Positions 11,801 to 21,426 of a stretch of 64,000 nucleotides of DNA are shown in pieces. Below the pieces are notes generated by a model. It ran no database searches, had not been told where the DNA came from, and worked only from the letters and a program-made list of their open reading frames with translations. This stretch comes from Amoebophrya sp. A120. Lineage: Eukaryota > Protista > Dinoflagellata. The number at the start of each line of letters is the position of its first letter. The first letter of the stretch is position 1. The stretch is taken from contig CAJINV010000001.1 in assembly GCA_905178155.1 (NCBI GenBank), positions 4,940,747-5,004,746 of the forward strand, read 5' to 3'. A program made the translations under genes and the position numbers.

Positions 11801-13176
11801 TTTTCGCGGTCTGTCACAAAGCTGGACCCGAACAGCTTTAGCGGCTCCTCTGGCGGGCGCTTGCGCCGGGGCCTTCTGCCTTCTTCTCTTGCAAGGTACC
11901 GCCATAGCGATGACGTCGTTACCTTATGATCCGCGATATACCGTCTCCATGCGTCCCCTTCAATCTGCCGGCGCAATACCCGTGCTGCCTGGCTGTTTGT
12001 CGTGCGGAGTTCCTCCCACCGCTTGATATCCGGGTGCCAGACGTTGTGCTCGGCAAAAGTTTTCTCCGTGTCCGGGTGCGCCAGCCTGCCACTGAGGGGG
12101 GCTCGGTACGCGCGAAACGCCATCTGGAGTTCTTGTAGTAATATGCCCCAGAGTCTGTCCCCTTGCTTGTTTTTCTTGGCGTCTTCCCACTCCGCCTGTC
12201 TGGCTGTCAATTTTGCAGCAATTTCGTCATTGACTCGGGCCCAGTCTGCTTTCGCCATCTTTTTCAGAAAAAACTTCTCCCCAAAATGTTCGCGCTCCCA
12301 CTGCGTGTTCTCGGGCACCGCCCTGTCAGCGAAGATTTTGCTGCATATCGGGATCGCTACTGCGGCATGATTGGAGAGGCCATCCGAGTCGACGGCCTTT
12401 CCCGGGTACCGCGCCCCTTCTTCAGGCGCCTCTGCGAATCCCTCCTCTAGAAACAGCTCAACAAGATTGTCCGGAATCTCTTCGCCCGGTGCGAAGAGAA
12501 CTTTATCAGGTTGCGTCCTGGCGAGCGGGAAGGTAACCTCGTCCGGGTGGAGGAGGTTCCAGAGGTCGTCTTTTGCTACCCAGTCGCAGAACCCCTTCCT
12601 CCATGTGCCAACATTGAAGTCCCCCAACAGGAGGCGCGAGGCCGGTGCCGGGCCGCGGTGTTCTGCGGCGGTAAGTTGCTTGAGCTGTGTGTACGTTGGC
12701 CGGGACCTGGGTGGCACATAAACACACAGCACCTCCAGGACCACTTTTCCTCCATTCCAAAATTGACATCCACAGACCTCCACTGCAGGCCGGTTTTTGC
12801 CGGGAGGCTTGCGTGCCTGGGCCAAGTTCTCGTCCGGGAGGGGGCGCACATCTGCCCCAAGCCCCATGCGGATGAGTATCGCGCATCCCCCCCCCCTATC
12901 TGCTTCGTCGCCCGCCCTTTGGGAGCTCGACACCAGGCGGTATTCTGGGAGGGACCTCGCAATCAGCTTCTTTAGCTCAGGCAACCCCATACGCACCTCG
13001 GTAAGCAGTACTGCGCCGGCGCGTTGGTCCCGGAGGTACTCCCTCAAGTATCTTCCCTTCGTCTGCAGCGAGTTGATGTTCAGATGCAGAAAAATGCACT
13101 TCTCGTCACCACCTCCTCTTCCCTTCTTTTCCTGGGCCCCCGTGGGCCCCGTCTTCTTGTTTGCGTCTTCTCTCAC
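8821..13176 (-). CDS. Retrotransposon ORF2: AP endonuclease, reverse transcriptase, RNase H and C-terminal Cys/His knuckle
   Basis: APE: HLNINSL, LLTEV, LLGDFN, SNH. RT: KTPGEDG, YRPISLL, GLPQGGIASPTLWN, FYADD. RNH: LATDGS, LVDS, FVPAHCGNDANELAD. C-terminal CPRC...HIRLC. Confidence 0.95.
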   Translation of the reverse strand: MREDANKKTGPTGAQEKKGRGGGDEKCIFLHLNINSLQTKGRYLREYLRDQRAGAVLLTEVRMGLPELKKLIARSLPEYRLVSSSQRAGDEADRGGGCAILIRMGLGADVRPLPDENLAQARKPPGKNRPAVEVCGCQFWNGGKVVLEVLCVYVPPRSRPTYTQLKQLTAAEHRGPAPASRLLLGDFNVGTWRKGFCDWVAKDDLWNLLHPDEVTFPLARTQPDKVLFAPGEEIPDNLVELFLEEGFAEAPEEGARYPGKAVDSDGLSNHAAVAIPICSKIFADRAVPENTQWEREHFGEKFFLKKMAKADWARVNDEIAAKLTARQAEWEDAKKNKQGDRLWGILLQELQMAFRAYRAPLSGRLAHPDTEKTFAEHNVWHPDIKRWEELRTTNSQAARVLRRQIEGDAWRRYIADHKVTTSSLWRYLAREEGRRPRRKRPPEEPLKLFGSSFVTDREKAQAWATWFNRKYLGEDEKSAENGVDTKPTKRADIAPELTPEVRNWLREEEPPDPVTTGEVQRALKVAKRNKTPGEDGVTNEMLLHSPATHAPLADLFSVILGGAKIPPMLCRAMVILLEKPGKDGSKATGYRPISLLPVAVKTLERVVLWRMQKTMRTQDAAGEELFSKSQHAFRPHVGCDQQIAEILHWTSTRLARGKHVGWISTDITGAYDSVRAGKLLEECRAMGVTPGCGRFIHAWMIHRSFRVRFGEDVSTYRECVSGLPQGGIASPTLWNVLIDRLPKRLREKNLGRDTDAEVHFYADDGVLMVAADSRGKLAKALRRLAAALREELRALGLSLDADKTKCLIFDGTLVGKEMQHRETRRKEFAQAPTPSGASCVDLPREATPLDGLPFEQVSVHRVLGVQVDHLLHFGPHVKAVTEKVRRRLPILKRLSSYSWGLEPYVFTQTIRALITQSVTWGVAGWGTYAPAPVLKRLNTDALNIAQRLAIGGVRTMRLEALRMLSLSTSIQNAYTRGVASLIDASLRGPETHLRNTLAARLSRTGRAKGGAGGGKWVEAASPLQIPVAKMDGAEENQILSAMGGDTTFAGYYYHKEGEGTGLRPAVDTSAPPCFNSYAPELGDEFGKFSEAGWISHGVRLLRKTGWCYDAVAPFRAVPMIEADNIEFETRDPDPTEIGNRGRKHVAAGGVLLATDGSFSSKTKQGAAATVVATLGRTKCSAYRRAKTSSAYAMERLGLERGLAELLWGASWEDKRNKQTEVLVLVDSLSLVERLANMLGTTLDGADQDVRLAEMLGQVAARYKSVRLVFVPAHCGNDANELADTICTHACAGEPTPQEVREMDPPCHVEIKAALVAQLEEEEAEAMRRLAEEGSRSGEIFHDLQLTRAKIRDIYRAARGEGRWLQKTLGDVAGATRFKKITEEGIRATNCPRCKDTMDSWQHIRLCHEYRHLGGLQSADEILDFLRTVRDAEFPISEHGSTTEEEEGGQEV

Positions 13177-13191
13177 CTTCTCCTTGAAGAG

Positions 13192-15201
13192 TCAATTTAA
13201 TGTTGCGGCCCGCCAATGCTCGGCTTCATAGAACAGCCCCAGCGCCTCCCCCCCATGGGCCCCATACCGCGACGCCCGGAGTTCGGTCGTCGGCAGCGTA
13301 GTAAACCCGGCGCACTGATGCTCTTCCGTGGGGGTGGACTGCTGTTCGGCTTCTGCGTTGTGCCATCGCGTCCACACCTTGACATCTTTTTTCAGAATTT
13401 GCGACGCAATAGTCAGCTCGAGTTCCCCTGCCCAGCTGCGGCGCTCCCGCAGTTTCTCGATGGCGTATGCATACGCTGCGCCGAAGGGGACATTGTCTGG
13501 CTTTTCTTCGTTTAGGAGGATTTGCTCGAAGGTTCTCCCCCCGATATGGGTAGTGTCTTGGTTGCCGGCGAGGAAGTCTACCACCGCATTTCGAAGTCCG
13601 TCCGGTGTCCAGGTGGTTTGTCCGTTCGTCTCCACGCTAAGCTGCCAGCAGAGACTGTTGTAGAGGCAATTCCCGTTGCTGCCGCACTCGCGAATCTCGA
13701 TGCGCGAGCCTTCTTCAAATAGCCCGTCCCTGATGTCTCGCAGCACCCACGTTGCCCGGCGGCTCATCGCCGCCTCGAGGAGGCGCCACGGGATCCCCAG
13801 ACTATCTTCGAGGTAGTTCGTAAATTCGTTGATAGTAGCAATTTCTGCTATTCGCGCCCTGTTTGTCTGGAGTTTCGTGCGGACATCCCGGATTTCTGCA
13901 TCGGAGGGTGGGTGGGCTATCCGGGCCCGCTCTTGCCATTTTGCTACTGTTTCCCCCAGGAGCTGCTTGGCCTCGCCTCCCTGTAGCCGTAGTTTCTTCT
14001 TAATGTGCGCCCCCATGGCCTGCGCATCGACCCAGATGGAGACTTCGCACATTGCGCGCTCTAAGTCTTCCTTCGTGACACCCTTGATATGCGCCTTCTC
14101 GGTTGCTGCTCGTGTCCGCTCCGTCCCAGGGGGTCGCTGGTCACCCCTGGCAGGCCTCTCTTGTTCCGACACCGGAGCAGTTTTGCGCTTGTTCTTAGTT
14201 GGCGGCGCGGCCTTTTCCGACTCGCTGCTTGAGCTGGAAGAAGATGATGAGCTTGAAGAAGACGACAACTCGATCACCTCCTGTTTCTTCTTCTTACCCT
14301 CCTTGCCGGGCGTTTTCTCCACCCGGAGCTTAGCAGTATTTGCCCGGGCCGCAGGCTTTTCGGGCGTTTTGCTGCTTTTCCTTTTTGTGGTCCTCGGCGC
14401 CGATTTTTCTGTCCTGCGCCTACTCCTGCTCCGAGCGCGCTCGGCCACTCGGGAGGGCTTCCGCGTTTCTCCGTACCGTTCCTTGGGGACGTGGTCGTAG
14501 ATGAACTTGGACACGTTTTTCCTCAAGATATTTTTCATATCCTTATGGCGAACTCCGTATTTGTGGAAAGCTTCCGCGCATAGGAAACGCCCCATGTCGT
14601 TGCGATTTGCCATCCAGACCGTTTTTGCTCGGCGCTGTAGAAAGTGCCGCAACTCCCATTCCGCGACCCAGTTACTTCCGGAATGCTTGGGCGCAGTGCT
14701 ACTGGATGTTGTCTCGCGACGACCGCTTTCCTGCTCCCGCTGCTGTTGCTTGTCTTTCCCCCGCCCAGACGGAGTGCGGTCTCGAGAGGTGGAGCGACGT
14801 CGGGATATTCGGCGAGTCTCGCGTGATCGGGAGCGGGATCTTGCAGTGGTATCCCGAGCCCGAGAAAGTTCCAGCTTTCTGCTCCTGTGACGTCTGTCAA
14901 TGTCGGTTTGTACTTCTCCCGGCGCGAGGATCGGGTAGGAGTAGGGGTGGAGTTGAGGTACGAAGAGCGGGTTTGTAGTTGGGTGCTGGTGGTGGCGCCA
15001 TAGGTCCGATGCAAAATTGGGGGGTTGGTAATGTTGGTGTGGTGTGGTAGAGTTTGTTGGCCGGCGTTGCGTGCGGGTTCCCGATGCTGACACACAGTGT
15101 GGCTGCTGTTGTGCCAGGTCCTGGATCACCTGGATCGCCCGCGCGACCAAATCCTGTTGCTGCGCGAAATCCATCTGCGGATGTTGCTGCGGCTCCACCA
15201 A
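13192..15201 (-). CDS. Retrotransposon ORF1: basic Arg/Ser/Lys-rich region plus C-terminal OTU-like cysteine protease domain
   Basis: GNCLYNSL (catalytic Cys motif), LRNAVVDFL, WAGELELTIASQIL and terminal EHW (His) match the OTU family pattern. Confidence 0.8.
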   Translation of the reverse strand: MVEPQQHPQMDFAQQQDLVARAIQVIQDLAQQQPHCVSASGTRTQRRPTNSTTPHQHYQPPNFASDLWRHHQHPTTNPLFVPQLHPYSYPILAPGEVQTDIDRRHRSRKLELSRARDTTARSRSRSRETRRISRRRSTSRDRTPSGRGKDKQQQREQESGRRETTSSSTAPKHSGSNWVAEWELRHFLQRRAKTVWMANRNDMGRFLCAEAFHKYGVRHKDMKNILRKNVSKFIYDHVPKERYGETRKPSRVAERARSRSRRRTEKSAPRTTKRKSSKTPEKPAARANTAKLRVEKTPGKEGKKKKQEVIELSSSSSSSSSSSSSSESEKAAPPTKNKRKTAPVSEQERPARGDQRPPGTERTRAATEKAHIKGVTKEDLERAMCEVSIWVDAQAMGAHIKKKLRLQGGEAKQLLGETVAKWQERARIAHPPSDAEIRDVRTKLQTNRARIAEIATINEFTNYLEDSLGIPWRLLEAAMSRRATWVLRDIRDGLFEEGSRIEIRECGSNGNCLYNSLCWQLSVETNGQTTWTPDGLRNAVVDFLAGNQDTTHIGGRTFEQILLNEEKPDNVPFGAAYAYAIEKLRERRSWAGELELTIASQILKKDVKVWTRWHNAEAEQQSTPTEEHQCAGFTTLPTTELRASRYGAHGGEALGLFYEAEHWRAATLN

Positions 15202-15959
15202 AGTCGTTAATTCAAGGTAGTGCTTGTGAAAGTCACTGCTGCTACTTGCCAGTTGTAAATCAGAAGGTTGCTGCTCAAGCTCTATATTGGTTCCTCGGAA
15301 GGAAGTAAGCGAAGGTCGGGGGATTTCTGGGTTCGCGGAGAGAGAACTGCGCGCGCCAACATGTGGATATGTGATGCTACTTGCTGGCAGAGATATGACA
15401 GAGAGGTTTGATTGCCCCTCTCCCCCCTACGTCTCTCGCTCGCGATGCCCCTCGTTCTAAACCGGTACCTCCGCAGAGTCCGGAGCCCCCAGTTAAAGCA
15501 GAAATAGTCACTCCTACTTTCTGGTCCCCTTCTCTCACCGAGTTTCTTCCTCTCTACGATTTGCCGATCTGAAAAAGTGAACGACTTCATCACGATTTTG
15601 TACGATTGCGAGTCCGATTTTGCCCTGTTTTCGCCAGTTCTCATGTACGACCGAAAGTCTGATGTCTTTCTTGTGATCTCGAACAGCATTTTCTGTTCCT
15701 GAAAACCCGAGCCATAGCCGGTTTTCTCTCCTTTCTTGCCTCTGGTTTGGCGGGAGGGAGTTTCCACGGTTGTACAACTACACTGTATCAAAAACATTCT
15801 ATTTTTAGTTTTATACGAATCGTGAGTAGAAGGAAAACCCTTGAACCAGAGACCACGAATCCATCGATATCGAAGGTAAACAAACAACTTACAGTGCGCA
15901 AGGTAGCCCTCTCTCTTCGCGTTCCTAGATAAGTAAGTAGAATCGCAATAGAAAGTCAA

Positions 15960-17238
15960 GTGGTCCAAGTTCCCAAGATGATCTTACGCATGTAACCGAT
16001 TTTAAAAATTTCGCGCCCCGGGTTGGCGCAAATGTGACAAAGCGCGTAGGCAGGTTCTAGCGCTGCTTTCCTCGCGCCTTGACATAGTGCGCCGAAGCGG
16101 ATGCGTCCGTCGCAATGGTACAAGTGCGACGCCCGGCCACTTTCTGTTGGCCACAGGTGCGCACGCAAATTCACAGGGGCCGGGCCCCCAGCAGCCCCAC
16201 ACAGTGCCACACCCGCGCCAGAAGCTCAGAAAACTTCTCGCGCAGCCGCAGCCAATCGGAACAACACTGGGCGCTCTCGGTCATGGTGCCCCCGAAGCCC
16301 GAAGTCGTGACCCAGCTTCGAACCCGCGCTCACTCAGAGCGCGGGCACAGATAAATAAGCTTGCAGGATCGGGGGCTCCCGATTTTACGAGCAAAAGCCC
16401 CCAACCTCGTCCCGGCAACATAGCGAGATCCACGAAAGCGGCCTCCCGATCTCGCTGATCTCGTGCCGATCTCCGGCCGATCTCGCGGCGATCTCCGGCC
16501 GATCTCGCACCCCCTCCCGCCGATCTCGCTGCGATATAACTCACGGCCGAAATTGATCTTACTGGCCAGCGCCCGCAGGTCGAAAATTCCTTCCCATTTT
16601 CGCTGTAGAATGAATTTCCGCTCGCGAGATCAACGAGATCGGGCACGAGATCAACGAGATCGCGGGGGAGATCAGGCGGGAGATCATGAATTTCCGCCAG
16701 CGAGATCAGCGAGATTGGGCACGAAATAAACGAGATCGCGGGGGAGATCAGGTGGAGATCATGCGATACCGATCGCTTTGATATCGACCGCACTCGCGTC
16801 GTCCCAATGCGAGATCGTAGCAGGGCCCGCGGGGGGGCGCCGGCTTTCCCAGCCGTCGAGGCCGCCGGCGTTCACGACCGATATCGCCAATCCCGGGCTG
16901 CTACTTCTACAACGTCGCGCGGCGGCCGCTTCGAAAATTTTACGCAGCGCCCCTGGTTGCAGTTACAGAGCGCCGCTGCACCGGCGCGGTCAAGCCGAAA
17001 GGCTTCAGAGAGAACCGCGGGCAGCTCTTTGGCCGTGCCATCTCTCGCGAATTTCATGACGCTGAGTCGACCAGCCGCTGCGGAGGCATGGCGCAGAACG
17101 GCCGAGAGGTTTACGCTATGCCGACGAATCCCCGGGCAGACAGACCAGGGCAACGATGGGCCTCGCGCGGTGCCCTCCAATGGGCGAAAATTTTCAAATT
17201 CCGTTATATCAGTTATATCATCATGGGAATTGGACCAC
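15960..17238. mobile_element. Non-coding TIR element (~1.28 kb) with internal CGAGATC/GATCTCG repeat arrays
   Basis: ~55-bp imperfect TIR GTGGTCCAA(G)TTCCCA.GATGAT...AAAATTT..CGCCC; no clear TSD. Confidence 0.65.
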
Positions 17239-17586
17239 ATAAAGAAAGCCTTAGTTTGAAGATATTTGAAGATGATACTGCTAAACAAGAGGGGCGAGCT
17301 GGCCTAAAACACCTCGATCCGACCGACGATCATATGTACATCGCGCTGCGAAAATACAGGTTATTTCTTCATTATGAATGTGGCACAACGCGTAAGGCTA
17401 TTGGGCAATTTCGTACCTATACTCGAATTAACGCCTCAGCCTTTACCTTTTGCTTTTAGAGCAGAAATACGATTTACAGATCAGGCGGTACACTCGTCCT
17501 GCATTGTAGCCGCGAGGACTGCAGGGCGCGCTCCATCAAAAATTGCACGTCGTGATCACCTTCTTGCAGCGTTAGCATACGCTCCT

Positions 17587-20500
17587 CTAACTATTGCGCA
17601 ACACCAGGTAGGGGTCGAAGGTCGAGGCGAGGGACGGGCCGCGATCTTCCGACGTGTTCGCTCCCGACGAGGACGTAGTGCGCCTGTCCCTCGCTTCGCG
17701 CCGCGCCTCCACGTTAACGAAGCTCGCAAAGGGCTGTGCAGTCGGTTCCACTTCACTGCCATCATCTTCCGACTCATCAAGGTCTCCCGGTGCCTCTCCG
17801 TCCCACAGGGAGCAGCTCGACTCGCTCATCTCGTCATCTTCGCGGTCGTTGTGATGTTGCACGCTCAGCCCCCTGAAATCGTCGCACAGGAAGTCAACAA
17901 CTCCTGGGATTGGCACACTTTCAGTGTCATCCCCGGACGCGCCCGCGTTGCGCTCGCGGTCTTCGACTCGCTGCGCGGCCAGCCTCTCGTCGTCCTCGTC
18001 GTGTTCAGCTGTCATCCCTTCCGGCATTTTCTTCGTCTGCTCCGCGGACGATTCAGCGTCCAACTCCTTGTCCTGGCCTAGCATTTTTATCATCTCCTGA
18101 ATGCTGCTTCGTAAATTCTCCTCGGTGTCCTCAGTGGCCTCAGGTGGTCGCATGCAGAGCATTGAGCATTTTCTCTTGGCCCCGTCAATGACATTGCGCT
18201 CCCAACCGCAGAGCTCCCCGAGAAGGTCCGCCACCTCGATGGTTTGCTGGTTTTCGCAGATCATTACATACAACGATCCCGGTAGATTCCCGATGTGGTC
18301 GCAGACCCGCACGAACCACTCCACTTGCGCCGGGAGGGTGCGTGCGTGCTCCACTACATCTATGATCACCACCGCCCGTCCGCATCTACCCTCCAGCTCC
18401 AGCACTGGGAGCATCAAGGATTTTGTCCCCGTTGAAAAGGCATTCGGGTCCCCGGGGCTCCTGCGCCGGCCCCGAAGATCCGCGCTAGCGGACGATGCCG
18501 CCGCTGAAGTAGCCCGAGCCGGTGACGAAGCCGCCCCCTGCTTTCCGGCTGGGGCAGACTGGCCGTGTCGCTTCCCATTCTTTTCGCGGTCCTCACGCGC
18601 CTGGATGATGGCCTTTCTCTCCTGCTCCTTCCGCGCTAGTGCGGGCAACAGCCCGTCCTCGAAGACCCGCGTGGTGATTCCCCGCCTGACATCAAATCCC
18701 CGCTCCCGCATCTGCGGCACCAGCTCCGAAGACCGATATCCGCCGAAAACGTGGACCATGCGACCGGCCAGTTCCGGCTGCAAAACGCGGAAAATGGTAC
18801 CGCCGAAGGCGTTATCCAATGTAAAAATTTCTGGGTCTGGAACCTTGTGATGCAAGAAAGCGAATAGTGAACTCACTATAATGCGCTGCCAAGCATGACA
18901 AGTTTTTTCCACGGCTCTGAGTTGCGTACTCCGCATGAGAAACTGCGTTTTTGTATGACAGGGAGGAGGAGCTCTTCGCGGCCATGCAACACAGAGTTCA
19001 GAGTCATGCCAGACAAGCATGACAAGTCTTGCAATCTCCCAGACCCAGACATTTTTACATTTGATAGGCGTAGGCGGGCTTCCGGCGATCGAGACCAGTG
19101 GACGCGAGGTCTGTGTCGTTCTCAGGTCGGTGATATCAACTGTAAAAGTGTCTGGATCTGGAAGAGTGCCAGACTTGTCATGCAGGTTTCCCATGACCCA
19201 TGAGGTCTGGTATGTAGGACATAGCATGACAGATTCTGCGAGAGTTCTATCATGCCTATTCTGCATGAGAAACTGCCTCTCGATTAGGTCAAAAGTGGGC
19301 AGCTTTTGGTAATCATGCAACACAGATTTTCACATGATTCAGATTTAGCATGACAAGTTGCAATCTTCCAGACCCAGACATTTTTAGACTTGATAGGTGG
19401 GGGAAGCGAGCGTTCTCATCGATGTTCTCAAACTGCGGCACGAACAGGTCAACTTTGTGTCGCCCTCCCTTTTTCTTCGGCGGCCTGTTCCGGAAGAGAA
19501 GCGTCTCGCGTCGCTCCTGTGGCAAATCTACCACAGCACGCTCTAGCTGGTTCCACTCCGTTTCATCCGGGCACGCGCAGCTCTTGTCCTGAATCTGATG
19601 GAGAGACTGGATTTTTGTGATCGCTCCCTGCAGGGCTTCACGCTGGTTGTGTTCCGCGCGCAGCATCAAGAGACACTGCCTCCACGTGTCAACGCACATC
19701 GTGATCAGCCCACCGCCATCCAGTTCATCTGTCGCATTATGTTCATCTTTCTGCGATTTGCTGCCGTTCCTGGAGACTTTTGATAATAATATCTCGTCGG
19801 ACTGAGTCATGAACGTGTTGCAGCTCAGCGCTCTGGTCGTGTCCTCGTCGTGATCATCCCCTTCGGAGTCCGGCCTTGGCGGCGGGTCAAAAAGTACGGC
19901 TTTCCGCAACATTTCCTTGAATTTAGTATGGCCTTCGCGTTCCGCTTCCGCAGTGTCGCCAGGTGAAGAACCTCCATCCTGCGCCGTCGTACTCGACGCT
20001 GGCAGCTTATCAAGTGTAAAAATGTCTGGGTCTGGAAGATTGCCAGGTTTGTCATGCATATTTTGCAATAGACAATAGACACCCATAATAGCTCGTAGAA
20101 CCCTGTCATCTTCCACCAAGTGAAACATCAATGGTGAGGTGCCCAGGGCCCCTGGAGGTGAGAAACGAGGGTGGCAAATATAGTCGACCATACCAACTGG
20201 TCAACCAGGAAATGAGGAAGTGGGTAAGGAACACAAATGTCCCGGGATAACAAAAACTGAATATCCCGCACAACCTCTGCCAACCACTGCCCATGCATAT
20301 TTTGCATAACCCATGATGTCTGTAATGCCTCCTGGCCGACCATCACAGATTTTTCAGGGGCCTTCTGATGCGTATTCCGCATGAGAAACGCGCTCTCCGC
20401 GTAGCACAAACTGAACTCCTCTTGCTGGTCATGCAATACAGATTTTTTTTACCTTTCAAAGACAGCATGACAAGTTCCAACCCTTCCAGACCCAGACATT

Positions 20501-21426
20501 TTTACATTTGATACAGCTTGCCTGTGCGGATGAATGGAGAAAAATTCGTGTGAACGAAACGCCCGAGCTCGTGCCGATCGCGGCGCGAAAGCCGCTGCAT
20601 CATCTGCAAAAGCCGGACCTCCCTTTCGTAGATGCACTTTTCCGGCGATTCCGATTTCGGCAGGGATATCGCAGAATCTGGCTTCTTGCTGCCTTGCGAG
20701 CTTGTGTCCTTCCGATCCAGGGACGACGTCCAGATAGCTTGCGACGGGCTGGTGCCGCAAGAGCTCGCGGACGAGACTATGACCTGCTCAAAGTGGCCCA
20801 GCAAATCGTCCCGCGGCCCGACCATGTTGGCGAGTTCCTCTACAAAAGCGTTTTCGTTCATAAGAGAAAAAGTCTTCTCGCAGTCCCCGCTGTTGAGCAT
20901 CACGATCCCGCAGTCCCGGTTTATTTTTTCCTGCTCGTCATCTCCCATGCTATGAAGATCACTTTTTGAACAAGAGTGATCGCCTTGCTGATCTGGACCA
21001 AAATCTTCGAGAGGGGTTGGGTCGTGTCCTTCTTGGCGGCCGCTACGAAAGCAGAGAAGTCCCGCTTTTTTGCCGAGACCGGATGCGAATGCGTCAGAAG
21101 TAGTATTTCGGCCATTAGTACTGCGAAAGCAAGAAGGCACTTTCATCCCAGGCATCTTCATGCTGGAAAGCGCCTTCGGCATCAAACTCGACATGCCGGC
21201 GCCACGCTGCTTCCTGCTGCCTTGTTTCGGCGTCTCGTCTTGCCCGGGGGAAGACGACTGCGAGGATGAGCGTTTCAAGTGCCCTATCACTGCACTTCCA
21301 GAGGACGACGACGAGGCGGTGGACGTGCTTGCCGGGACGATTGGAAAAGGCTGAGAACCATCAATGTCACTGGCTACAACGCCTGCACCTGCAGCGCTGC
21401 CGACCCCGCTGGTTTTCTTGGCATTT
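17587..21426 (-). CDS. Hypothetical protein segment with 3 introner introns; may be the C-terminal part of the GAF protein
   Basis: Joins RTGKL|PASST, RFPH|RPEND and KPAY|AFGGT are all in frame after removing element+TSD. Confidence 0.65.
18813..19066. mobile_element. Introner family A
   Basis: TIRs, TSD GGCGT, 259-nt removal restores frame. Confidence 0.92.
19134..19395. mobile_element. Introner family A
   Basis: TIRs, TSD GGTGA/GGTGG, 267-nt removal. Confidence 0.9.
20008..20513. mobile_element. Introner family A carrying a nested insertion
   Basis: TIRs, TSD CAGCT, 511-nt removal restores frame; twice the normal length. Confidence 0.92.
20068..20291. mobile_element. 224-bp nested insertion with 15-bp TSD (probable truncated retroelement)
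   Basis: CATGCATATTTTGCA at 20053-20067 and 20292-20306; homologous blocks recur at 59215-59365. Confidence 0.8.

Larger units (their letters stand above)
8093..15758 (-). mobile_element. Full-length non-LTR retrotransposon (APE-RT-RNase H type, I/Ingi-like group), 7666 bp
   Basis: 13-bp TSD AGTTTCCACGGTT at 8080-8092 and 15759-15771 enclosing two intact ORFs; ~557-nt 5' UTR; ~730-nt 3' UTR; no poly(A). Confidence 0.9.

Noticed and set aside
15680-15758. HDV-like ribozyme at the LINE 5' end, as in Ingi/L1Tc
   Set aside because: I could not fold a convincing double pseudoknot by eye; needs an Infernal or RNArobo search.
15282-15968. 228-aa ORF as an extra retrotransposon gene
   Set aside because: It crosses the element boundary and TSD at 15759 and has no motif.
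18813-19395. Recurring peptides LPDPDIFT / FQTQTFLHL / CKNVWVWK as a protein domain family
   Set aside because: They are translations of the family-A TIR in different frames.
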